From contig NC_058130.1 of assembly GCF_016433145.1 (NCBI RefSeq), positions 165,682,703 to 165,746,702 of the forward strand: DNA of 64,000 nt. The letters are read 5' to 3'. The DNA comes from Gracilinanus agilis. Lineage: Eukaryota. Below the pieces are notes generated by a model. The model worked only from the letters and a program-made list of their open reading frames with translations, had not been told where the DNA came from and did no database searches. A program made the position numbers and the translations under genes. Below are positions 1-11,264 of the stretch, one piece after another; within the stretch, counting starts at the first letter, position 1, and every line of letters starts with the position of its first letter.

Positions 1-243
1 CCCTGGTTGTGGCCAAGTTGAGCGCAGGCGAGGGCTGGTAGACCTGGCACCGCAGGCGAGGTGACTGAGGGCCCCCGAGGAGGAGGAGGAGGGGCACCCG
101 CGGGGGGGAAGCTGAAGAGCGGGGCTGTCCCGTAGGTCTGGCGCCGGCCTTCTCGTCTATTACTGTCGATGGCTGCCTGGAGCTCCCCGGGAGAGCTGAG
201 CGCCCGCGTCTCACACTCGTAGGGGTAGAGATACTTCATATAC
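1..243 (-). CDS. ARID3C: ARID3C coding exon 5 (end of ARID domain, Pro-rich linker); truncated by window start
   Basis: Acceptor ctctacag|G at 243. Reads (Q)YMKYLYPYECETRALSSPGELQAAIDSNRREGRRQTYGTAPLF..., matching ARID3C; frame stays open to position 1. Confidence 0.95.
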
Positions 244-404
244 CTGTAGAGCAGGGGTGGGTTGCATCCCCAGGGATACCTCAAACCCGAGCTCAGTGCC
301 CCGAGATCCCTTCCCCGAAGTTTTCCAAACCCAGCCCTACTCCAGCCAGACCCCATTTCCTGGCCCTCCGGCAATGCCCCATCACCGCCCCGCCCCTATC
401 TCAC

Positions 405-588
405 TGGGTGCGCAGCGTGAAGGCTGCAGAGGTGATGGACGTGGGCAGGCTCAGGCCCCGAGTCACCTCCCGCCACACCTTCCGGTTGATGACCTCCACT
501 AGCCCCCCTTTCTCCGTCACCAGGCGGTACAGCACATAGAGATCCAGCACTTGCTTTGCCATGATCGGGATGCGGTTCACTGGGGTGC
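405..588 (-). CDS. ARID3C: ARID3C coding exon 4 (ARID DNA-binding domain core)
   Basis: AG acceptor at 589-590, GT donor at 403-404, 184 nt. GTPVNRIPIMAKQVLDLYVLYRLVTEKGGLVEVINRKVWREVTRGLSLPTSITSAAFTLRTQ; phases fit neighbouring exons. Confidence 0.97.
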
Positions 589-2467
589 CTAGGGAGGAGG
601 GCGAGAACACCGAAACAGTAGGGAGCGGAGAATGGGAGGGTCAAGCAAGCAAGACGGGGCCGAGGGGGGCACGGGACTCTGTCGGATGGGGCTCGGAGGA
701 CCCGGAGTTTCCGGGGCGGCAAAAGGGGCATGGACTCCTTGAGGCGTGTAAGACACGAAGATCTCTAAGGAAAGAGAGGGTGGGAAGGATAGTGGGAATA
801 CGTAATGGGTACATAAAAGGGTTGCAGCATGATTTGGGGCAGGTCATAGCTGAGGTTGATGATGGTAGGCCCCAGGGTCCTCACAAGGGCCACGGGCCAG
901 GGACAGGGATATCTGCAGCGGGTCAGGATAGACTGAAGGAAGGTCTACCCGACAGTAAAAGGAAGAGGCAGATTAGGGAGAGATAAGGGAACTGTGGCAT
1001 CTCTTTCCCTAGAGATCTCTGAGGGGCTAGGGCAAGAGCGGGAGAGCTGCCCAGAGGCTGGCGGATTCTTTACAATCTCTTCTCTAGCTTGCAGAGGTTG
1101 GGGGTTTTCGGATCCTGTCCTGCCGCCCCCGCTCCTGCTCCCGCCCCCGCCTGGCCCGTGACAAAGGGTCCTGTCGAAGCTGAGCGATGGGCCCCAGTTA
1201 ATTTGCGCTGATTTTTACCGATCCCATTCCCACCGCCAGACCCTTTGTGCCCGAACAATTAGCCGCAGGCCTGATTAATGGGGGGAAATTATCGGCCCCT
1301 CGGGACTCTTCCCCTCCCCTCTCTTTCCCTCCTCCCAGCTCCCCATTTTCCTTAGCATTTCCCGATTGGGGGTGGGAGGGGTGGGCAGGGCTATCCTCCC
1401 ATTTCCTTCCTTCATCCCTTGTATAGTTAAATAAGGGAGAGAGGGGTTGGGGACATGTGGGGAAGGTAGAAAAGTGAGCTCAAATTCAGAAACCAAGGCC
1501 CAGGGGGTGGGGGTACAGATTAAGAGAAAAGGAGACTGCTTGTGGGGGTCAGAAGTTTTGAGGAGAGGCAAGGGCAGAGGGCTCGATGGGGCGGGGACCC
1601 CGCAGGTCTCTCTGGGAGCACTAGAGCGGCACAAAAGGAGGGGGGCTGAGGCAAGTTAATTAGTGGCCTTATCAGGCTGCGATGGGGAGGGAGTTAATTA
1701 GCTTTGGAGAAAGAGATAATGACTCAGACTCTAGGCCCATGAATCTGGGGAGCTGAGGGGGGAGTGGAGTGATGGACAGGCCACCCAACGTGCTTCACAA
1801 GCTGGGTTCTGCTCTCCAATTCTAGCGCTTTCCCCTTAAGCTTTGAGATCCCCAGGGAAAGGATTCCCTGGCCTCCTTCGTTTTCCTAATTCCTTGGCCT
1901 CATCCTCACCCCTCAGAAAGTACTTCCTGTGGTCTAACTTCAGGAAAGTTCCCAGTATCAACCCATGTCCAGAGTTGCTCTGGGGTGGGAGACAGGAATC
2001 TTTCTTTTTGGCAATGAGGGAATTGAATCCGTAGAGAAATCTCAAGCAAAGGATCCAGTAGTCCTAAACCCCCAGCTCAAGTCTGTGGTCCAGGAAGCTC
2101 CTTCCCAACCCAGTGACCCCTCCCGTGGTGAGCGTCATCGATTGAGGACTCATTAACCTGCCAGCATCTCCGTTGCTAATTAATTCCCATGGGAGAAAGG
2201 GAGGGGCTAATTAATCGAGGTAGGTCAGAGGTTAAAGATGTTACTGAGGTGTCCCCATCCCACCCACCCTACCCCCCAGCCTCGCTCCAGCCCCGATCTA
2301 TCCATAAGGTCCAAACCTCACAACTCTTCCAGCTTTAAGCCACTCTCCCGAGTGAGGTTGGGAGCTAGCCTATGAGGGTTTGGGTCTAGGACACCTTCAG
2401 GGAAGTAGGGGTACTTTGGGCACCAAGACCCCACCCCCCTCTACATCCTTCCCATACCGCCCCTCAC

Positions 2468-2540
2468 CCCTCTTCTGCATGAAGCTGAACAGGTCATCCA
2501 GGAATTCTTTCCTCTTGGGGTCTGCGTCGAGCTCATACAG
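2468..2540 (-). CDS. ARID3C: ARID3C coding exon 3
   Basis: 73 nt, cccccag|CTG...GGG|gtgagg; LYELDADPKRKEFLDDLFSFMQKR. Confidence 0.97.
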
Positions 2541-4222
2541 CTGGGGGCGGGGAAGAAGGTGTATTTACCACCCTAGACCCCATCAGCACCTTCCCTTCCC
2601 TCCCCTCCCTTCCCTTCCCCTTAAGCAGAACACTTTCCTCAGGCCCCATCCACAGAATCGTGTGCTCACAGGGGTATGGGTGATGTTAGGATCAGGGCTG
2701 AGGATAAGGATCTCGTGTATTTGAAATGGATTGGTGAAACCTGCCGCATTCAAGGAGGTCCTAATTAGGCTCAGGGTGGGGCTGAGGCCTCATAGTTCTG
2801 CCCTGGGGAGTTTGGGCTCCCTCACAGGCACGGGTGGCCTGAGAGGTGTCAGGAATGGGCAGAGGTGCAATCAGCCAGAGGGAAGATGTCCTGAAGGAGA
2901 GGGTACTTCCTCCGAAGAGGAGAAATGAGGAGGGGATCAGTGTGGTCCCAGGAGCTCTCTACCTCCCAATCCTTCCAGGACTTTATCTCTAACTCAATCC
3001 TGATCTTTCCTCTTGGTGATTGGTTAAGCCAGACTGCAGTTGACCAGGAGGGTTTAAAACTACCCTCGACACCTCCCACCCCAGACTATGTGGATCTCTG
3101 ATGGATTGAGTTTTTATCCCCATGTCATCGGGTGTCATGGGGGTGATTATAGAGCTTTGCAACACTGCCTTGCTAAAGACGGGCAATAAAGGGGACCAGA
3201 AGTGATCCCTGTGACATCTTAAAGAAAAGCTCCTGAATGATCATCAGAAATAATACCCCACCTAGTAACATGAAAGAATTAGTCCTTAATTTATAGGCAA
3301 CAAATAACTCCTGAATAAAAACTAAAATACACACATCAATAGGAATAAAAATTCTGTAACCCCCCAAGTAGCCCTTCCTGGTAAACCATTATGAGCTCCC
3401 TCCCAAACAGTCATTCACACCATTGATATTCAACTCCCATCTCCAGTAATACAGTTACATATCTAGAATAAACTTCATGTAAATATAAACAAGATGTCAA
3501 GGCCTTAGAGGGGGAGGGAGAAGAGGAAAAGAGATTGGAGGAGTGGAAAGTGTAATAACTGAGCCATGGAAGCATAAACTATCCACCCCACTTCCACAAG
3601 TCAAAGGAATCACCTCACCCCATTCCCAATCCCCCAACCCCCATCCCTCACTGTCAGGTAAGGGGGTAATGGGACGTGACATTCAGAGGGGGTAGTGCTC
3701 AGAGGAGGCTGGGAGGAGAAATGGATAGAAGATGGACAATGAAAGCACCCCCACACACATCTGACATCCTCTACTGACATAATGGACCCACCCCCATCCC
3801 CACAAGAGATTTCTTTTGAGATCTTTGAACCCCCTTTCAGCTATTCCAACCTCTGTATTTCCCTTGTCTGTCTGAACCTGTCAAACTCTTGTCTTCCCTT
3901 CTTTCTATTTCTTCCATAACTCCCTCTGTCTCTATTCCTCCACTGCAGAGCCCTGGGGGTGGGGGGTGGGGTGTAGGATGAAGGGATTGGGGCCCCAGCC
4001 GCTGCTCCTTCCTGGGGCATCGGCTTTCAGGAGAAAGGAGAGGGGATTGTGTATCAGGGAAAGGGTCAGGTGGGGTAGATGGGAGTTGAAGGTCAAGTTC
4101 TCTAACTCATACTCTACCTATCTCTCCCTGTACTAGAAATCTTAGAACACATTGGAGATGGAGGTGGGGAAGTATGAACCCAGACTTCTGGGCTCCATGT
4201 CTTACCTGCAGGGATCTCCTAC

Positions 4223-4627
4223 CTGTTTAAACTGTTCCTCATAAGTCCACTCATGGTGCTGGGGACCAGAAGGCTGGCTGGGGGTAGACACAGGTAGGCC
4301 TGGTCCTGGGCTAGGCTGGGGAGGTTGCCCCTGAGGCCTAGTCTCCTCTTCATCTTCTTCTTCCTCCTCTTCTTCCTCTTCATTTTCACCCTCTTCAGTG
4401 CCCCCCAGAGCCCCCTCCTCAGGAGACTGCTGGGCCCTGGAACCCACTGGATGGGATCGTTGGGGAGGCAGGGATGGGGGGATGGGATGAGGAAGTGGGG
4501 GTGGAACCCCACCTTGAGCTAGCCGGGCTGCCTGCTGCCTCTGTAGGGTCTCCATCACAGCTTCCAGCCGCAGTCCACCCCCAGGGGGTGCTCCAGGCAT
4601 AGGGCGGGGCATTGGGGAGAGGGCTGC
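4223..4627 (-). CDS. ARID3C: ARID3C coding exon 2 (conventional start METLQRQQ at 4555; acidic tract; HEWTYEEQFKQ)
   Basis: Acceptor ctcctgcag|GCA at 4627, donor CAG|gtagga at 4223; translation matches the ARID3C N-terminus. The part 4556-4627 is coding only if the upstream exon is used. Confidence 0.9.
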
Positions 4628-5548
4628 CTGCAGGAGCACAGGGGAGGGAATATTGTAGAATTGGAAAAACCAATGAGTTCTCTCCAAGATACCCACCCCC
4701 ACCCCCCAGGTCAGATCTTGCCCCCACCCTTCCAAAGACCTTTCCAATTTAGCCAACTCTGACAATTTTCCTGATCCTCAACTCTTCTGGAGCACTTCAT
4801 AGCCCCCACCCACCCACCAATAGGGTCTCCCTGTCAGCCCCAGACCCTCTTTCAGGGACCTCTCAGGGAATCACTCAGATTAAACTCCAATATACCATGC
4901 ACACACCCAACCCCTTCCTATGTTGGGCTTCCCTTCCCTAGTCCCCAATTCTCAGGGTCCTCCGGGCACAACGGGGAGAATTACAAGGAAAAAGAAGATG
5001 GAGAGGCAGAAATAAAGAGCTAGGAACCTGGAAAACTGAAAGAACCACGGAGAGACTATGAAACAGAGGGGGAGATAGAGAAAGGGGCAGAGATGGGAGG
5101 GACATCGACAGACAGGGAAAGAAAGAGACTGGGATAGGAACAGAGACAGAGACAGAGATAGGAGATGGGTAAAGGATAGAGACTGAGCCAAGAGAAAAAG
5201 ACCGAGAAAAGGATAGAGACAGAGGCCACAAGGGGGAAAAAATCTAGTCAAAAAGAGAAAGTGAAAAGGGACTGAGGGCAGGAGCTTTGGGGGAAACTAG
5301 GAGGAGGCGGACAGGGGAATTCCCTGGACATTAGTAGCTGGTCATCCAGGAAACTGGACACCTCAAGCATCCCCAACTCGGGTCACTTTGGATACTAATC
5401 TTTTCTCACACTGGTCACCACCTCTGACATTGGTCACACTGCACTCCTCGGACCCAGGTGTCCTCCTAACCCCTTGCTCCGGACTTTGAGCCCCCTCGGA
5501 CTAGTCCTTCTGACCCAGGACTCTGATCCTCTTGAACCCCGGACTCAC

Positions 5549-5587
5549 CAGAGCGCTGCGGGCGGCTGTCCCCAGGTTCTCCACCAT
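5549..5587 (-). CDS. ARID3C: Candidate upstream coding exon 1 of ARID3C (MVENLGTAARSAL)
   Basis: aaagcATGG (A at -3, G at +4), 39 nt, donor CTG|gtgagt; phase 0 joins in frame to the 4627 acceptor. Confidence 0.7.
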
Positions 5588-5923
5588 GCTTTAGCCGCCC
5601 CGCGCCCCACTCTGGCTCTCGATGCTCCCGGCTCCCGGCTGCAGGGTCTGGTTCCAGCTCCCCGTCCCCGCTTCTCTCTGGCTACTTCCTCTACCCCACC
5701 TGCCCTTCTCCCTCTGTCCGGCTCCCTCCCTTCCTCCTTCTAACCTTATCCCCTATCCCTTCTTAGTCTCCTTTCTCTCTTCTCTCTTTGGCCACTCGCG
5801 CCGGGTCGGAAGAACGACAGAGGCAGGGAGGGGCGGGCGAGTGGCGCTGTCCCGGGACCCAGGCGTCCGGGCCTCCCTTGGGGCGGGCGGGGCGGAGCAG
5901 ATGGTGTGCCGGCTGTCGCGCTC

Positions 5924-5928
<5 letters not shown>

Positions 5929-5984
<56 letters not shown>
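5929..5984. repeat. (CT)28 microsatellite
   Basis: Uninterrupted ct dinucleotide run counted from the sequence. Confidence 0.97.
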
Positions 5985-5987
<3 letters not shown>

Positions 5988-7531
5988 TCCCCCTCCCCCC
6001 CTCCCTCCCCCTGCTCTCTCTCTTTCGATATCTGGATCGTTCCTGCCCCAGTTTTTCCTCCTCTTTTCTGGCAACAAGTGTCCGCAGGCATCGCATCCCC
6101 AGGGCGGCCATTCGCCCTGCAGAGACTGGGAGAGAGTGTATGTGGCGCGGATAGGGTGCCTTGGGGTGGTTGGGGTCGAGGTGGGGGGCGGCGTACGGAG
6201 ACATTCTCCTTTAGAGAGGTGACACTATGTATGTAGGGAACATCATGAGAATGGCACCATGTTCCCTTAGACGGTGGGACTATAATGGTGTGGATGCCAT
6301 TGTGTGTCTGTGGCAAACAGCTAGATGAGTGTTTCCCTTAAAGCCCGGAGCGTTTCCCCATGCTTCACTGGAACAAACATTGCACCACACACCACCAACA
6401 CAAGCACACATTCATACAGGGGTGCACACACAGAGACAAACACACGTTCTGTACCCCCTCCTTGGTCATGATCACTGCGGCTGTCCTGCCGCAAAGCTGG
6501 GAATCATTCCCCTTGACACTGGAATGAAGATGGACAGAGACAGAGATATTCCTGGAGCCCAACCCAAATGCAGACATCTTTCCATTTCTGGTCCCCACCA
6601 AACTAAAGCAGTTTTCTCTCAATAGCTGCTCTGGGTCTGAATGACTTACTTAGGTATTGGCTCAGCTATCCACTTTCCTTTAGTTGCATAAACTAAAACA
6701 CTGGGATGCCTTAGGACAAAAATATACAATCTCCCTCTTGCATAATTGTGAAAAAATATATGCAAAAACGTATCCCATCAACTGTGACTCCCAAATCAGC
6801 ACATGCAACCCCAACCCGTCCCTAACCATCCACATAGGTATTTTCAGTGGTCTATTAATCATCTCCACCTGGATGTTGCAAGGTACCAGGTGTCCACAAA
6901 TGACTTCATCATATTCCTCCCAAATAGGCTGAAATATTTCCCTTATTTCTGTTGTCATCGCCCCCTTAAGTGCTAAACCTAGGAATTATCTCTGATTTTC
7001 CCAGACATTGCTATGCCCTTTCTTCTCCCCACTTAACCTCCATGTTGAATAAAATCCCAGAATCTCAGAAACTGTTTAGTCCAATCTAACTCTTTACAGA
7101 TATCCCAATATGTGGTCATCCAGCCTTTTGCCTGAAGCTTTCTAATGAGAGGCAACACACTATCTCCTGAGGCAGATTCTATTTTCAAAATTGTCAGGAA
7201 GATCTCCCTTATATCAAACCTAAATTCACCTCTTTGCACCTTCTACCCATTTACTCTCTCTGAGAGCAACCAGAACAAACCTAACCTGTCTTCCACATGA
7301 GAGACCTTCAAATATATGAAGAAGGCTATTATGCTTCCCCTTAAGCCTTCCTCAGGCTAAACAACTCTAGCTCCTTTGATCTCTTCTCCTATGGGGTATA
7401 TTCAAGGGCTTTTACTTTCCTGGTTACCCTCCTCCAGTTCTCCAGCTAGAGATATGAGATCCTACTAGATATTCTTCTGCAGATCCATGTCCTTCCATGT
7501 GGTACTTAGAACTAAACACAATACTGTATAG

Positions 7532-7775
7532 CAGTGATGGTGAACCTTTTAGAGATGGAGTGCCGGGACCTGCCTCCACCCCAGCCCCCCAGAGAGAATG
7601 CCCTGCTAGCACTCCCCAGACCACATCAGACATGGTGGAGAGGGGAAGGGGACCAGCTCCACCCCACCTCCCTCTGCCTTTCTAGTAACAAGCCTGGGGG
7701 GAAGGGGAGCCGAATGCCTACAGAGAGTGCTCTGTGTGCCATCTTTGGCCCTGTGCCATAGGTTCACCATCACTG
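7532..7775. mobile_element. Non-autonomous hAT DNA transposon (MITE), 244 bp
   Basis: 16-bp perfect TIRs CAGTGATGGTGAACCT...AGGTTCACCATCACTG; perfect 8-bp TSD CTGTATAG at 7524-7531 and 7776-7783. Confidence 0.92.
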
Positions 7776-8289
7776 CTGTATAGAATAGCACAGGGAGATT
7801 ATCACCTTCCTAGTCCTGGATACTAGGTAATCTAAATTTCATTAGTTTTCTTGATTGTCATATCATACCATTGACTCATAGTAAGCTTCTAGCCCAGTAT
7901 AAAACAAAAACAAATCCAGATCTTTTTTTCAGAGGAATTACTATTTAACCAGATTTCCTCCCTGCCTTCTTGAATTTCTGAAACTAAATTTGAACCTAAA
8001 AGTATAAGATTTCACATTGATCTCTATTGCCTTTTATTTTTATTATGTTTAGCCCTATATTCTTGTCTTTTACATTTTTTGGATCATGATTCTATTATCC
8101 AATGTATTAATTATCACTCCTAACTTTGTGTCATATGTAGATTTAATACTTTCACCTAAATCATTGATGAAAATGACAAAATGTACTGGGCCAAACACAA
8201 ATTCTTGGAACACTCCACTAGACACCTCATTTTAGATTAATATGGACTCATGACTGACCATTCTTAGGGTCTAGTCAAGATATATTTTT

Positions 8290-8467
8290 TTTTAACCCTT
8301 GTACTTCGGTGTATTGTCTCATAGGTGGAAGAGTGGTAAGGGTGGGCAATGGGGGTCAAGTGACTTGCCCAGGGTTACACAGCTGGGAAGTGGCTGAGGC
8401 CGGGTTTGAACCTAGGACCTCCTGTCTCTAGGCCTGACTCTCACTCCACTGAGCTACCCAGCTGCCC
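8290..8467 (-). mobile_element. Young opossum-type tRNA-derived CORE-SINE (SINE1_Mdo-like)
   Basis: Head ggggcagctgggtagctcagtgg, B-box ggttcaaac, A tail; approximate TSD caagatat..ttttt. Confidence 0.85.
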
Positions 8468-9147
8468 CAAGATATTTTTAAATAATAAAATTCAAAGTTG
8501 TTTTCATTTTCATTTTTCTTATCAGACTGATGCTAAAAATGATTATTGATTATCGATGTTTCTTGATATGTGGTTATTATAACCAAGCATAACCATGAAA
8601 GGGTTAAGAAAAATCTACTCCTTTCACTGAAGACCTGGGGAAAATATGGAAGTAGAATATTGCATACACTGTCAGACATGGTGGATACATTGGCTAGTTT
8701 TACTGAAATCCTTTAAAAAAAAATCTTTCTAGGGGACAGCTAAGTACCTCAGTAGATTGAGAACCAGGCCTAGAGATGGGAAAGTCCTGGATTCAAATCT
8801 GACCTCAGATACTCCCTAGCTGTGTGACTCTGGGCAAGTCACTTAACCCCCATTGCCTTGCTCTTACTGCTCTTTCTACAAGGATTCCTCACTGTATAGG
8901 GAAGTGAGTGGGGATATATTTGAGGAGAAATGTGATGTCAAAACAAAAGACCAATAAAAGTAAGGAAAATTTGTTTTTTTATTGTATTTTCCCCTTCAAG
9001 AACTGCCTATTAATATTATTTGACCATTTAATGAGAAGTGGTCCTTACTCATATTCATTTCTGTCAGTTTCTAATAGATTCTTAATTTTTATCATATAAT
9101 TATTTTATTCATCATCTCCTTTGCATTGCCCCACTATCAAACTGTGC

Positions 9148-9395
9148 AGAAGCAGCTGTGGTTCAGTGGATAGAGGGCTGAGCCTGGAGTCAGGAAGACC
9201 TGAATTCAAATACAGCATCAGACACTTCCTACCTATGTGATCTTGAACAAGTCACTTGACCTCTGATTGCCTGACGAAAGGATCCATTGGATCCACTGAG
9301 GAAGGAAATGGCAAATAACTACAGTATCCTTGCCAAAGAAAACCCCATGGAGCTGACCATGGGATCACAAAGAGTCATACACAACTAAACAACAA
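9148..9395 (+). mobile_element. MAR1-type marsupial SINE (tRNA head plus RTE-like tail)
   Basis: gcagct..cagtggatagag head; gaaggaaatggcaaa...ccttgccaaagaaaacccc tail. Confidence 0.75.
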
Positions 9396-10417
9396 TCAAC
9401 CTAGCAATCAACCCTCATCATTTCATACTTGGAATATTGAAATAGGGTCTCCCTACTTCCAGTCTCTTCTCTCTCCTATTCTTCTATACCAGATTAGTCT
9501 TCTTAATGAACAGAATTGATCAGTTCATTTTCCTCTTCAAAAATCAACTTTCCATTTCCACTCTTCCTAGACTAATAAATCTTTCATACTCCTGCCATAC
9601 TAATTTTCATTAGACATAGATCAGATTGATCATGTTACTTTTCTACTCAAAATTTTTCAGTGGCTCCCTCCTGCCCACCAATTAAAAGTTCCAAGTCTTT
9701 TGCCTACTATTCAAGGACTTCTATAAACTAGCATAACACTCCCTTTCTAGCTTTATCCTAAACTACAACTCTGTGAAGTCTACACTCTATCAAAATTACA
9801 TTTATTCTTTTTCTTTCTGCTCTCTACTCCATGCTTTCTGACTTTTATTTAATTGTTCCTGACTTCACTGTGCATGAATTATCTTCCTTCTCCCTTTTGA
9901 TTTGCTGAATACTTTAAATTTAAGGCATCCCTTAAATTTAGTTCAACTCAAGTCCTAAGCCTTCCTTCATTTCTCTCTGAAATTTTGTATTTGCCAATTA
10001 TTTCCTTGTGATCTTGAGCAAATTATTCCTCTGGATCCCAATGTTGGGGGAGGTTATTTTGTGGAACCGGTGACCCAGAACTGTAGCTCTGTGCTTATAT
10101 AGGGAGTTCAATTTTGAACATTTCTTTTATTTTTTTAATTAAAGAGAATTTTTTCAATCAACAAAAATTCAACTTCTCTCCAACCCATCTCCCTCTCCTC
10201 ACTGAAAAAGGAAGAAAAGATAAATCCCTGTTATAAATTTAATCAAGCAAAATAAAACCCCAAATTAGTTATGTCCAAAAAAAGTGTCTCAATCTGCATA
10301 TTTATACAGAGACAACAATATTGTATAGATAGACTTTGAATAGGAACTCTGATCAAAGTAATAACCAACCATGATTCCAGCGGACTGGATCACTTCTCTA
10401 TCAAAAATAGATATAGG

Positions 10418-10598
10418 GGGGGCAGCTGGGTAGCTCAGTGGAGTGAGAGTCAGGCCTAGAGACAGGAGGTCCTAGGTTCAAACCTGGCCTCAGCCACTTC
10501 CAGCTGTGTGACCCTGGGCAAGTCACTTGACCCCCATTGCCCACCCTTACCACTCTTCCACCTATGAGAAAATACACCGAAGTACAAGGGTTTTAAAA
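10418..10598 (+). mobile_element. Young SINE1_Mdo-like SINE inserted in an L1 3' fragment
   Basis: Full head to A tail; 15-bp TSD aaaaatagatatagg at 10403-10417 and 10599-10613. Confidence 0.9.
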
Positions 10599-11264
10599 AA
10601 AAATAGATATAGGTACATATCTACTAATTATGCTCCAAGGGTAGCATGTTTCATCATGAGTCCTCTGGAATCATGGTTGGTTATTACTTTGATCAGAGTT
10701 CCTATTCAAAGTCTATCTATACAGTATTGTTGTCTCTGTATAAACTGATCTCCTAGTTCTGCTTACTTCATTTAAGTCTTCCTAGGTTTCTCTGAAACCA
10801 CCTCCTTCCTCATTTCTTTTTTAAAAAATCCTTACTTTATGTCTTAGAATAGATCCTAAGGATCAGTTTCAAGGCATAAGAGTGGTAAGGGCTAGCCAAT
10901 AGGAGTTAAGTGACTTGTCCAGGGTCACACAACTAGGAATTGTCTGAGGCCAGATTTGAAGCCAGGACCTCCCATCTATGAGCCTGGCTCTCAATCTACT
11001 GAGCTTCCTATTTAGCCCCTATCAAGACTTTTTATAATGATCTCTTCTTGATCTGTTGTTTCTCCGGTCATTTATTTTGGCTATGGGATTGCATACATTT
11101 TTATCTATTTTTTCAATCTTTTGACTTCATTTTAATATTTCTTGTCACAAAAAGCAACTAACTTCTGTTGGGTTCATTCTAATTTTCAGGATGTTCGTCG
11201 ATAGGAAGGGTTGTGATTCAATTCTGGATCTATAGCTCAGTTCCCTTTCTATTCAATTATGTGT

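Larger units (their letters stand above)
5480..6200 (-). promoter_or_regulatory. CpG-rich ARID3C promoter/5' region with GC boxes and (GA)n
   Basis: Dense CpGs, tandem GGGCGG boxes at 5881-5895, directly upstream of the candidate first exon. Boundaries approximate. Confidence 0.65.

Noticed and set aside
4628-4765. ORF-track N-terminal extension MSELAKLERS... of ARID3C
   Set aside because: Lies upstream of a clear acceptor at 4627, so it is intronic read-through.
5843-5852. GGACAGCGCC, right half of a REST/RE1 site (minus strand)
   Set aside because: Left half TTCAGCACC is absent at canonical spacing; a half-site alone is weak.
5622-6316. Several 100-200 aa ORFs with ERERER or SLSLSL runs
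   Set aside because: Translations of the (CT)28 repeat and GC-rich promoter; no domain content.
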